Source: an uncultured delta proteobacterium (lineage in GTDB: Bacteria; Myxococcota_A; UBA9160; SMWR01). From it: a stretch of DNA of 64,000 bases. Below are positions 47,934-56,837 of the stretch, piece by piece. The position numbers were made by a program, and so were the translations under genes. The stretch lies in the NCBI GenBank assembly GCA_963832165.1, contig CAWHTE010000003.1, positions 448,001 to 512,000 on the forward strand, written 5' to 3'. Below the pieces are notes generated by a model. The model worked only from the letters and a program-made list of their open reading frames with translations, was not told the origin of the DNA and did no database searches. Position 1 is the stretch's first letter. The number at the start of each line of letters is the position of its first letter.

Positions 47934-48725
47934 ATGCGCCGCCTCGCGCGAGAGCTCTACCGCTACGTCGCCACCGCGCAGGGCTGGCTCTGGGTCGGCA
48001 GCCTCACGCTGTTCTTCGGCCTCGTGCCGATCCCGCTCGCGCTGCTGCTCGCCCGGTTCTGGCCCGGAGCGGGGGAGTGGTTCGCGGATTTCACGCACCG
48101 CACGCTCGCGCTCTACGGCCGGACCTGCATGTACATGAAGATCGGCGTCGAGGGCGCAGAGCGGCGCGTCGCCGGCACGCGGATCCTCGTCGCGAACCAC
48201 CAGTCCTGGCTCGATCCACTGGTCTTGATGGGGCTGGAACCGCGGCTCGCGGGCCCCGTGAAGCGCTACATGCTGCGCGTGCCGATCTTCGGCGCGGTCC
48301 CGCGGCTCGCGGGCTTCTTCCAGAGCGACGTGGGCGAGCTGCCGTCGCTCGAGGAGATGGCGCGCTGCGTCGCCACGGCGCGCGCGCGCGGCGGCAGCCT
48401 GCTCTTCTTTCCGGAGGGCACGCGCTCGAAGGACGGCGCGCTCGGCGCGTTCCACCGCGGCGCGTTCCGCACCGCGTTCGACCATGGACTCGCCATCCAG
48501 CCCGTCGTGATCGAGGGCCTCGACCGCGTGCTGCCGCGCCACGGTCCGATCGTGCAGACCTACGGCCGACAGCTCGTGCGCGTTCGTTACCTCGCGCCGA
48601 TCACGCCGCCGTTCGACATGCCGGGCGCCCTGCGGCGCGACGTCGTGCGCGGACTCGCGGAGCGCGCGCACGACGTGATCGCCGAGGATCTCGAGGCGAT
48701 GCGCAAGTCGCGGACGGAACGCTAG
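47934..48725 (+). CDS. Lysophospholipid / 1-acyl-sn-glycerol-3-phosphate acyltransferase (PlsC family)
   Basis: ANHQSWLD, FFPEGTRS, FHRGAF. Confidence 0.92.
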   Translation: MRRLARELYRYVATAQGWLWVGSLTLFFGLVPIPLALLLARFWPGAGEWFADFTHRTLALYGRTCMYMKIGVEGAERRVAGTRILVANHQSWLDPLVLMGLEPRLAGPVKRYMLRVPIFGAVPRLAGFFQSDVGELPSLEEMARCVATARARGGSLLFFPEGTRSKDGALGAFHRGAFRTAFDHGLAIQPVVIEGLDRVLPRHGPIVQTYGRQLVRVRYLAPITPPFDMPGALRRDVVRGLAERAHDVIAEDLEAMRKSRTER

Positions 48726-48731
48726 CCGCGT

Positions 48732-49421
48732 TCACGCGCGCGCGAGGAAGACCACGTTGGTCTCCTGTTCGCCGAACACGCGATTCTCGAAGCACACGCG
48801 CTCGACGCGGGTCTGCGCGAACACGCGCGCGAGTGCGGCCGCGAAGCGCGGAGACTCCGCATACGACCACACGCCGAGCACGCCGCCCGGCGCGAGGTGG
48901 CGCCGCGCGCGCTGCAGGCCGTCTTCGGAGTAGAACGCAGCGCTCTCGCTCCCGAGCGGCTCATCGGGCGAGTGGTCGACGTCGATCAGGATCAGATCCC
49001 AGCGTTCCTCGCTCTCCCGAGCGATCCGCGCGTAGACGTCACCGTGCGACACGGCCAGCCGCGGATCCGCCATGAGCGGCGCGGAGAGCGGCAGTCTGCC
49101 ATCGCGCAGCCAGCCGATCACGGGTGCGAGATATTCGACCACCTCGACGCGCGCGACGAGCGGCGACGCGAGCACCGCGTGCGCGGTGTGGCCGAGGCCG
49201 AGGCCACCCACGAGCACTGAGAGATCCGCGCCCGCGTGCAGCGCGATTGCGCTCGACGCGAGTGCGCGCTCGGAGTCGGTGTTCACGCTGCTCATGAGGA
49301 AGTGGTGGTCGAGCGTGATCTCGGTGACCACCGTGGCCGGGTCGCTCTCGAGCGCCTGCTGCCGCAGGCATACGAGGCCGAGCGGGCTCTCCTCCGCGGC
49401 GAGATATTCGGGTGTCTTCAC
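48732..49421 (-). CDS. Spermidine synthase-like SAM-dependent protein
   Basis: VLVGGLGLG, VEVVE, LIDVDHSP, LAPGGVLGVWS. Confidence 0.82.
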   Translation of the reverse strand: MKTPEYLAAEESPLGLVCLRQQALESDPATVVTEITLDHHFLMSSVNTDSERALASSAIALHAGADLSVLVGGLGLGHTAHAVLASPLVARVEVVEYLAPVIGWLRDGRLPLSAPLMADPRLAVSHGDVYARIARESEERWDLILIDVDHSPDEPLGSESAAFYSEDGLQRARRHLAPGGVLGVWSYAESPRFAAALARVFAQTRVERVCFENRVFGEQETNVVFLARA

Positions 49422-49429
49422 GCGGTGCG

Positions 49430-49846
49430 TCAGCGCTCTTCCAAGCGGTAGACGTTCCAAGGCCCCAGGAACGGCCGCATCACCGACAGGAAGACGTGCG
49501 GTGTCCGGCCGTACTTCGCGGTGAATGCCTCGTTCACGCGGTTGAAGAGCTCGGGATCCTTCACGGGAACCGCGCGGACCGGAATCTCCTTGTCCCCGAT
49601 GCGCAGCGCTGCGGCCGAGTCGCGCTCGAGGTCCGCGCGCCAGCCCGTGTTGCGCGTGCGGATGAAGCCCTGATCGTCGAGCACGACGAGCCAGATCTTC
49701 ACCTCGCGCGGCGTGCCGTCCTCACCGTGCACGACCGCGAGGATCTCCTGCTCGTCCACGAACTCCGACCACGCCGCGCGCGCCGAGTCCGCAGATGCGA
49801 ACGAGAGGGCGCACGCCAGCGCAAACGCCGTGAGTGCGACCCGCAT
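49430..49846 (-). CDS. Exported DUF2255-like / split-barrel protein
   Basis: Signal peptide; DGTPREVKIWLV, W...., VNEAFTAKYG; GAGGAG RBS. Confidence 0.65.
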   Translation of the reverse strand: MRVALTAFALACALSFASADSARAAWSEFVDEQEILAVVHGEDGTPREVKIWLVVLDDQGFIRTRNTGWRADLERDSAAALRIGDKEIPVRAVPVKDPELFNRVNEAFTAKYGRTPHVFLSVMRPFLGPWNVYRLEER

Positions 49847-49871
49847 CGGTTCTCCTCGTCGTCGAGTGGGG

Positions 49872-51077
49872 TCAGGCGCGCCGCGCGATCTTCGCGAGGT
49901 GCTCCACCTGGCCGTCGTCGCGTGCGAGCAGCACGTCATTGTAGCTCGACTCGCCGCGGTGGTTGTAGGCGTCGGCGCGCGCGTACGATAGCAGCACGCA
50001 CTTGCGGAACGGGCCCGGGCCCGTGGGCGGCGGCGCCGCGTGCATGATGTCGCCGTAGTGGAGCGTGACGTCGCCGGCGTCGGCGGCCAGACCGATGCCG
50101 CGCGGAGCGCGCGGGTCGGTGGCCTCGAAGAAGCCGAGCGATGCCTCGTGGCTGCCCGGCAGCATGCGCAGCTCGCCCGTCTCGGGGCGCGACGGCGCGA
50201 GGTAGATCGAGAAGATCAGCACCGGGCACATCGTCGCGTGGCCGCCCATCCCGCAGTCGCGATGCCAGGGCAGGTCGGAGAGGCCCTCGGTCATGAGCGG
50301 ATTCTTGATCAGGATCGCGACGCCGTCGCCCCACTGCTCACGGGGGACGAGCGGATGGTGCGAGAGCGCCGCGAGGTCCGCGATGCGCGGATCGCGCGCG
50401 AGCCCGCGCAGCTCTGCGTCCTCCTGGCCACAGCGCGTGACGCGGCACAGCACCTCGTTGCCGGCCGCGTTCTTGCCCCACCACGAGCGCTTGTCCCCCT
50501 TGCGCGCGCGACTCTCGAGCGCGAGAGCGCGCTCTTGCAGGAGCCGGGTTTCCTCGCGCGAGAACACGCCCTTCGCGAGCAGGTAGCCGGCGGTGCGCAG
50601 GAAGTGCGCCATGTCGGCGCGTTCGTCCGTGAGCGCGAAGCCCTGCATCGGGTCGAGCGGCCGGCCGCGGCGGTCGCGCAGGTCGGCGCGCTCGGGCGCG
50701 AAGACCGGTCGGCCGTGATACATCGCGCGTAGCCCGGGCTCCCACCGCACGAAGCGCATCGCGTCGCCCCGGGTGCAGCGCACGCGGCCCGCGTACAAGA
50801 GGCCCGGCGCGGACTCGAGGTCGTGCGCGAGCTCGGACCAGTGTTCGCGCGAGAGCTCGATCACCGTCTGCGCATCCGCGTCGCCGGCCACTACGTCGAC
50901 GCCACCCTCGCGCGGCCGATAGGTGAACGCCTCGCCGCCCGGAATCCGGAACGCGAGACCGCCTAACGCGATCAGCTCGTCTCGTGCCGCGAGCGCGCCA
51001 TGGCCCGCGGCGAGCCGGCGCGGCAGCTCCTCGCGGTGGAACGCGCAGAAATCGAGCGGGGTGAACGCGGAGCTCAC
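49872..51077 (-). CDS. Phytanoyl-CoA dioxygenase family (Fe/2OG) protein with a putative N-terminal SCP2-like domain
   Basis: WHRD, LPGSH, AGDVTLH, MH facial-triad motifs; GGAGG RBS. Confidence 0.8.
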   Translation of the reverse strand: MSSAFTPLDFCAFHREELPRRLAAGHGALAARDELIALGGLAFRIPGGEAFTYRPREGGVDVVAGDADAQTVIELSREHWSELAHDLESAPGLLYAGRVRCTRGDAMRFVRWEPGLRAMYHGRPVFAPERADLRDRRGRPLDPMQGFALTDERADMAHFLRTAGYLLAKGVFSREETRLLQERALALESRARKGDKRSWWGKNAAGNEVLCRVTRCGQEDAELRGLARDPRIADLAALSHHPLVPREQWGDGVAILIKNPLMTEGLSDLPWHRDCGMGGHATMCPVLIFSIYLAPSRPETGELRMLPGSHEASLGFFEATDPRAPRGIGLAADAGDVTLHYGDIMHAAPPPTGPGPFRKCVLLSYARADAYNHRGESSYNDVLLARDDGQVEHLAKIARRA

Positions 51078-51220
51078 GCGGAACCTCCGGCGCCCGACCA
51101 TTGTAGATGGCGCAACCCCAACCGTCTTCTAGTATTGCCCTCGACGCTTCGCGCCCGGTGGGAGTTGCCACCGGGCATTCGGCGAGGACGGCTCGTGTCC
51201 GCCCCGCGCAGGAGAACGCG

Positions 51221-53194
51221 ATGACCCAGGTACGGCTCCCGGACGGGAGCACGCGCGAGCTTTCGGCGGGCGCGAACGCCGCGGACCTCGCGGCAGCGAT
51301 CGGCCCCGGACTCGCGAAGGCAGCCGTGGCCGCCAAGGTGAATGGAGAGATCGTCGATCTGTCCCGGCCGCTGCCCGAGGGTGCCGACGTGGCGCTGCTC
51401 ACGCGCAGGGACCCCGAAGCGCTCGAGGTGCTGCGCCATTCGGCCGCGCACCTGATGGCCGACGCGATCCTGCGCCTGTTCCCAGCCGCCGAGCTCACGA
51501 TCGGGCCCGTGGTCGAGGACGGCTTCTACTACGACATCTACCTGCCCGAAGGGAAGATCACGCCCGACGACTTCTCGCGCATCGAGGAGGAGATGGCGCG
51601 GATCGCGCGCGAGGATCACCCGTTCCAACGCTGCTCGGTCAAGGACCCGGAGCGCGACGAGAATTTCGCGCGCTACCGCGCGATCGACGGCGGACACAAC
51701 AAGTTCAAGCAGGAGATCGTCTCCGACATCCGCGCGCGCGGCGACGAGATCTCGCTGTACCGGCACGGCGATTTCGTGGACCTGTGCCGCGGGCCCCACG
51801 TGCCGAGCACGGGTTGGCTCGAGAACGTGAAGCTCACGAGCGTCGCGGGCTCGTACTGGCGCGCCGACGCGTCGCGCGAGCAGCTCGTGCGCGTGTACGG
51901 CACGGCGTTCTTCGACAAGAAGGAGCTGAAGGAGCATCTGCGCCTGATCGAGGAGGCGAAAAAGCGCGATCACCGCGTGCTCGGCGAGCAGCTCGATCTG
52001 TTCAGCTTCCACGAGGAGGCGCCCGGCTTCCCGTTCTTCCACCCGAACGGCACCGTGCTGTTCCATCTGCTCACCGACACGATGCGCGGGCTCCTGCGCC
52101 GGCGCGGCTACCAGGAGGTGAAGGCGCCGCTCGTTCTCTCGGAGGAGCTGTGGCACACGTCGGGCCACTACGACAACTACCTCGAAAACATGTTCTTCAC
52201 GAAGCTGAAGCTGCGCGACGCCAACGATCCGGAGCAGGTGCACGAGGACGTCGAGGAAGACCGCCCGATGGCGGTGAAGCCGATGAACTGCCCGGGCCAT
52301 CTGCTCGTCTACCGCACGCGCCCGCGCAGCCACAACGAGTTCCCGCTGCGCTTCTCGGAGATGGGGCTCGTGCACCGGCGCGAGCTGTCGGGCGTGCGCC
52401 ACGGCCTGTTCCGCGTGCAGGCGTTCACGCAGGACGACGCGCACCACTTCTGCACGCCCGAGCAGATCGAAGCGGAGATCGGGATGCTGATCGCGTTCTT
52501 CCGCGAGGTGTATGCGAAGTTCGACCTGGACGACGTGCGGATCGAGCTGTCGACGAGGCCCGAGAAGAGCATTGGCAGCGACGAGATCTGGGAGAAGGCC
52601 GAGGCCGCACTGCGCGGAGCGCTCGAGTCGCAGCAGATTCCGTACACGCTGAACGAGGGCGACGGCGCGTTCTACGGGCCGAAGATCGACTTCCACATCC
52701 GTGACGTGCTCAAACGTTCGTGGCAGTGCGGCACGATCCAGCTCGACTTTTCGATGCCCGCGCGCTTCGCACTCAGCTACATCGGCCCCGACGGTCAGCG
52801 CCACACGCCCGTGATGATCCACCGCGCGTGCTACGGCAGCATCGAGCGCTTCCTCGGGATCCTGATCGAGCACTACGCGGGGCGCTTCCCGCTGTGGCTG
52901 GCTCCGGTGCAGGCGGTCGTGATCCCGGTGAGCGACAAGTTCCTCGATTACGCGCGCGCCGTGCACGAGCAGCTGCTCGACGCGGGGCTGCGCGCCGAGG
53001 CGAACCTCAAGGACGACCGCGTCGGCTACAAGATCCGCGAGGCGAGCCTGCGCAAGCTGCCCTACGCGATCGTGGTCGGCGAGCGCGAGCAGGCGGCAGG
53101 CACGCTCAACGCGCGCTCGCGCGACGCGGGCGAGCTCGGGGAGATGAGCGTCACGGATTTTCTCGCGCGCGTCGCGCAGGAGAGCGCCGCTTGA
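51221..53194 (+). CDS. thrS: Threonine--tRNA ligase
   Basis: TGS domain, RHSAAHLMA, GFYYD, DLCRGPH, RDHR, KPMNCPGH, FTQDDAH, GAFYGPKID, MIHRA. Confidence 0.98.
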   Translation: MTQVRLPDGSTRELSAGANAADLAAAIGPGLAKAAVAAKVNGEIVDLSRPLPEGADVALLTRRDPEALEVLRHSAAHLMADAILRLFPAAELTIGPVVEDGFYYDIYLPEGKITPDDFSRIEEEMARIAREDHPFQRCSVKDPERDENFARYRAIDGGHNKFKQEIVSDIRARGDEISLYRHGDFVDLCRGPHVPSTGWLENVKLTSVAGSYWRADASREQLVRVYGTAFFDKKELKEHLRLIEEAKKRDHRVLGEQLDLFSFHEEAPGFPFFHPNGTVLFHLLTDTMRGLLRRRGYQEVKAPLVLSEELWHTSGHYDNYLENMFFTKLKLRDANDPEQVHEDVEEDRPMAVKPMNCPGHLLVYRTRPRSHNEFPLRFSEMGLVHRRELSGVRHGLFRVQAFTQDDAHHFCTPEQIEAEIGMLIAFFREVYAKFDLDDVRIELSTRPEKSIGSDEIWEKAEAALRGALESQQIPYTLNEGDGAFYGPKIDFHIRDVLKRSWQCGTIQLDFSMPARFALSYIGPDGQRHTPVMIHRACYGSIERFLGILIEHYAGRFPLWLAPVQAVVIPVSDKFLDYARAVHEQLLDAGLRAEANLKDDRVGYKIREASLRKLPYAIVVGEREQAAGTLNARSRDAGELGEMSVTDFLARVAQESAA

Positions 53195-53248
53195 CGGAAA
53201 CGTGCTCGGCGTGCCAAGAAACGGGTTACACAACGGAGGACGAATGAG

Positions 53249-53896
53249 ATGACGACTCCCTTCAATCTGAGTGAGACGGACCGCCTGCTCTCGACCACGC
53301 GCGCGGTGCGCAAACGGCTGGACTTGAATCGCCCCGTCGAGAAGAACGTGATCCTGGATTGCATCCGGCTCTCGCAGCAGGCGCCCACGGGCAGCAATGG
53401 CCAGTCGTGGCGCTGGGTCGTGGTGACGGACGCCGGCAAGCGCGCCGAGCTCGCGCGGCTCTATAAAGAGGTGGGCGACCAGTACCTCGAGATGGCACGC
53501 AACAACGTGCCTGCCGGCGACGAGCAGACCAAGCGCGTCTACGACTCGGCGTTCTGGCTGAAGGACCACCTGCACGAGGTGCCCGTGCACGTGATTCCGT
53601 GTGTTGTCGGTCGGCTGCCCGAGAACGCGCCGCACGGGATGGTGGCGTCGATGTACGGATCGATCTTCCCCGCGGTCTGGAGCTTCCAGCTCGCGTTGCG
53701 CTCGCGCGGCCTCGGCTCGACGCTCACGACGCTGCACCTGTTCCGCGAGGCCGACGCGGCGAAGCTGCTCGGGATTCCGGAAGGCGTGAGCCAGGTGGCG
53801 CTGCTGCCGATCGCCTACACGACGGGCGTGGACTTCAAGGTCGCGAAGCGGCCCGCGCCCGAGACGATCACGTCGTTCGACAGCTGGAGCGCTTGA
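53249..53896 (+). CDS. Nitroreductase family protein
   Basis: TTRAVRKRLD, QAPTGSNGQSW, LALRSRGLGS. Confidence 0.9.
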   Translation: MTTPFNLSETDRLLSTTRAVRKRLDLNRPVEKNVILDCIRLSQQAPTGSNGQSWRWVVVTDAGKRAELARLYKEVGDQYLEMARNNVPAGDEQTKRVYDSAFWLKDHLHEVPVHVIPCVVGRLPENAPHGMVASMYGSIFPAVWSFQLALRSRGLGSTLTTLHLFREADAAKLLGIPEGVSQVALLPIAYTTGVDFKVAKRPAPETITSFDSWSA

Positions 53897-53915
53897 CGGG
53901 TGACGTGAGGCGACC

Positions 53916-54788
53916 GTGCCGCTCTCTTCCGACACAGTCGGCGCGATCGGGGAGCCGCTGCGGTCCGCGATCGATGCGCGCTGGACCATGGCCTTCGCTG
54001 CGGGTCTGGGCGAAGCGCGGGCGGCCTACCTGGACACGCGCACGCGCGCTGATGTGCTCGCGCATCCGCTGTTCCCCGTGTGCTTCGAATGGCCCGCGTT
54101 TCTCTCGACGCGTCATCTGCCGATCGACGACACCTTGTCCCGCGAGGAACGGCTGCGCGGCGTGCACGCGTCGCACGAACTTTTGCTGCACCGGCCTCTG
54201 CGCGCGGGCATCGAGGTGGAGACGCGCGCGACGATCAGCCGCGTCGAGCAGCGCCCTGCGGGCGCATTCCAGGTCGTGCGGCTCGACACCCGCGACGCCG
54301 CCGGAGCGAAGGTGTGCACGACCTGGTACGGGTCGATCTTCCGGGGCGTGGCGGTCATGGGTGGAGATCGCGCGCTCGGCGACGAGCCGGAGGCGCCGGC
54401 GCCGATCGCGCCCGACGCCGCGCCGCGCGACACGCGCGAGATCATGCTCGCCGCGACCGCCGCGCATGTCTACACCGAGTGCGCACGGATCTGGAACCCG
54501 ATCCACAGCGATGCGGCGGTGGCGGCGCGCGCGGGGCTTCCGGGCATCATCCTCCACGGAACGGCGGCCCTCGCCCTGGCCGTCGGCGCAGTCGTCGACG
54601 CAGTACTGGGTGGCGATCCGGAGCGCGTGGAGCGCGTCGCGGTGCGCTTCACCGCGATGATCCGATTACCCTCGCGATTGCGGGTGCGGATCTTCTCGCC
54701 CGAACGCGACCCCTGCATCCGCTTCGACGTCCTGAACGACGAGGAGCAGATCGCATTGCGCAGCGGCCTGGTCGCCGCGCGCGCCTGA
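53916..54788 (+). CDS. MaoC-like double hot-dog (R)-enoyl-CoA hydratase/dehydratase
   Basis: GVHASH, WNPIHSD..VA..AGLPGIILHG. Confidence 0.85.
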   Translation: MPLSSDTVGAIGEPLRSAIDARWTMAFAAGLGEARAAYLDTRTRADVLAHPLFPVCFEWPAFLSTRHLPIDDTLSREERLRGVHASHELLLHRPLRAGIEVETRATISRVEQRPAGAFQVVRLDTRDAAGAKVCTTWYGSIFRGVAVMGGDRALGDEPEAPAPIAPDAAPRDTREIMLAATAAHVYTECARIWNPIHSDAAVAARAGLPGIILHGTAALALAVGAVVDAVLGGDPERVERVAVRFTAMIRLPSRLRVRIFSPERDPCIRFDVLNDEEQIALRSGLVAARA

Positions 54789-54801
54789 CCGGAGGTACGA
54801 G

Positions 54802-56379
54802 ATGTCCGACGCAACCGGCACGATCGCGGTGCACGCGGAGCGCGATCCGAGCCGGGTCGCGGTGATCTACGGAAACGGCGACTTCGTCGAGACCTGGGGC
54901 GAGCTCGAGCAGCGCTCGCGGCGCTGGGCGCATCTCCTGCGAGCGCGCGGGCTCGCGCGCGGCGGGTGCGTCGCCGCGATCGTCGGCAACGACGATCCCG
55001 TGTTCATGGATCTGTTCTGGGCGTGCCACCGGATCGGGGTCTACTTCACGCCCGTCAACTGGCACCTCCAGGAGCCGGAGATCCAGTACATCGTCGACGA
55101 CTGCGACGCCGACGCGATCGTGGTGTCGCCGCGCTTCGCGGCGACGGCCGCGCGCGTGGCGCCGCAGTGCCCGAAGGCGCAGGTGCGCATCGTCACGGGC
55201 GGCTCCGCGCCAGGCGGGTTCGAGACACTCGCCGACGCGCTGGCCGAGACCCCTGAGGACGCGCCGCTTCCGGATCAAGCCGAGGGCTCGATCATGCTCT
55301 ACTCGTCGGGCACGACGGGGCGCCCGAAGGGCGTGCGCCGGCCGCTGCCCGACGGCCCCCCCGGCGAGCCCGGCACCACCGCATTCGCGCGCGGTTTCAT
55401 GGGGCTGTTCGGGCTCGGCGGCGACGAGCGCTACCTCGTTCCCGCGCCGCTCTACCACGCGGCCCCGCTCGGGTGGAGCACGAACCTGATGCGCAACGGA
55501 TCGTCGGTGGTGATCATGCCGCGCTTCGATCCGGAGCTCGCGCTGCAGATGATCCAGGACCAGCGCGTGACCGCGTCGCAGTGGGTGCCGACCCACTTCC
55601 GCCGGCTGCTCCAGCTCCCGGAGGCCGTGCGCGCGAAGTACGACCTGTCGTCGCTGCGCTTCGCCGTGCACGCGGCCGCACCGTGTCCGATTCCCGTGAA
55701 GCAGCAGATGATCGCGTGGTGGGGAGATGCGATCGTCGAGTACTACGCCGGCACCGAGGGCGGCGGAACCCTCGTGCGCGCGCGCGAGTGGCTGGAGCGC
55801 CCGGGCACGGTGGGACGCCACTGGGCGGGCGGCAAGATCTGGATCCTCGACGAGGACGGCAACGAGGTGACCCGGCCCGGTGTCGAGGGCGCGATCTATT
55901 TCCCGACGCCGCCGGGCGTGACGCGTTTCTCGTACCACAAGGACCCGGCCAAGACCGCGAAGACCTATCGCGGCGATCTCTACACGATCGGCGACATCGG
56001 CTATCTCGACGAGGCGGGGTATCTGTTCCTCACCGATCGCCAGTCGAACATGATCATCTCGGGCGGCGTGAACATCTATCCGCAGGAGACCGAGAACCAC
56101 CTGATCGTGCACCCGAAGGTCGACGACGTCGCCGTGATCGGCGTGCCCGACGAGGAGATGGGTGAGGCGGTGAAGGCCGTGGTGATCCCGGCCGCGGGCG
56201 CGGAGCCGGGTCCCGAGCTCGAGGCCGAGCTGATCGCCTGGTGCCGCTCGGGGATCGCCCACTACAAGTGCCCGAAGACGATCGACTTCGTGCGCGAGCT
56301 TCCGCGCACCGAGACGGGCAAGATGGCCAAGCGCGTGCTGCGCGACCGCTACTGGGGCGAAGGTCGCAAGCTGGTGTAG
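54802..56379 (+). CDS. Acyl-CoA synthetase (AMP-binding)
   Basis: YSSGTTGRPKG, YYAGTE, GDIGYLD, ISGGVNIYP, LPRTETGK. Confidence 0.95.
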   Translation: MSDATGTIAVHAERDPSRVAVIYGNGDFVETWGELEQRSRRWAHLLRARGLARGGCVAAIVGNDDPVFMDLFWACHRIGVYFTPVNWHLQEPEIQYIVDDCDADAIVVSPRFAATAARVAPQCPKAQVRIVTGGSAPGGFETLADALAETPEDAPLPDQAEGSIMLYSSGTTGRPKGVRRPLPDGPPGEPGTTAFARGFMGLFGLGGDERYLVPAPLYHAAPLGWSTNLMRNGSSVVIMPRFDPELALQMIQDQRVTASQWVPTHFRRLLQLPEAVRAKYDLSSLRFAVHAAAPCPIPVKQQMIAWWGDAIVEYYAGTEGGGTLVRAREWLERPGTVGRHWAGGKIWILDEDGNEVTRPGVEGAIYFPTPPGVTRFSYHKDPAKTAKTYRGDLYTIGDIGYLDEAGYLFLTDRQSNMIISGGVNIYPQETENHLIVHPKVDDVAVIGVPDEEMGEAVKAVVIPAAGAEPGPELEAELIAWCRSGIAHYKCPKTIDFVRELPRTETGKMAKRVLRDRYWGEGRKLV

Positions 56380-56469
56380 AGCGTCGCGCGCGTGGACGAG
56401 AGCGCGGCGAGCACCGCCGAGGAGACGGTCACCCGCCGCGCGCTCTGATTCAGCGCATAGAAGAAGCGA

Positions 56470-56670
56470 TTACTTGCGGCGCCGCGACACGAGGCCGGCC
56501 ACGGTCAGCGCCACGCCCATGAGGAGCGCGCCGCTCGGCTCCGGAACCGGAGCCGGAGGCGGGGTCCCGCCGCCGCACAGGAGGATCCCCAGGAGGCAGA
56601 GATCCGCGAGTGCCGCGGTCGGCACCAGGAACAGAAGCGCAGAGAACAGCAGAGTCTTGGTCAACTTCAT
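56470..56670 (-). CDS. Minimal PEP-CTERM protein (66 aa)
   Basis: GGAG RBS; signal MKLTKTLLFSALLFLVPTAALA; core DLCLLGILLCGGGTPPPAP; tail VPEPSGALLMGVALTVAGLVSRRRK. Confidence 0.8.
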   Translation of the reverse strand: MKLTKTLLFSALLFLVPTAALADLCLLGILLCGGGTPPPAPVPEPSGALLMGVALTVAGLVSRRRK

Positions 56671-56786
56671 GATCAGCATCTCCAGCGGGTGCAGGTGAAT
56701 CGAGTTGGCTGTTGGTGGCCCCGAGCCGCCTCGAGGTGACAGGTCCTCGGGGGAAGTCGCGGGTCCGGAGTTCGTCCGGCCCGCGA

Positions 56787-56816
56787 ATTCTCTCATGATT
56801 TTGGAACGGGGGTCAA
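56787..56816 (-). promoter_or_regulatory. Putative sigma-70 promoter of the minimal PEP-CTERM gene
   Basis: Minus strand TTGACC-N18-GAGAAT with TG just upstream of the -10, followed by a hairpin-rich leader. Confidence 0.45.
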
Positions 56817-56837
56817 TACCTACAGTAAGGGATCTGG

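Noticed and set aside
51074..53989. 971-aa minus-strand ORF
   Set aside because: Antisense shadow of thrS and the nitroreductase gene.
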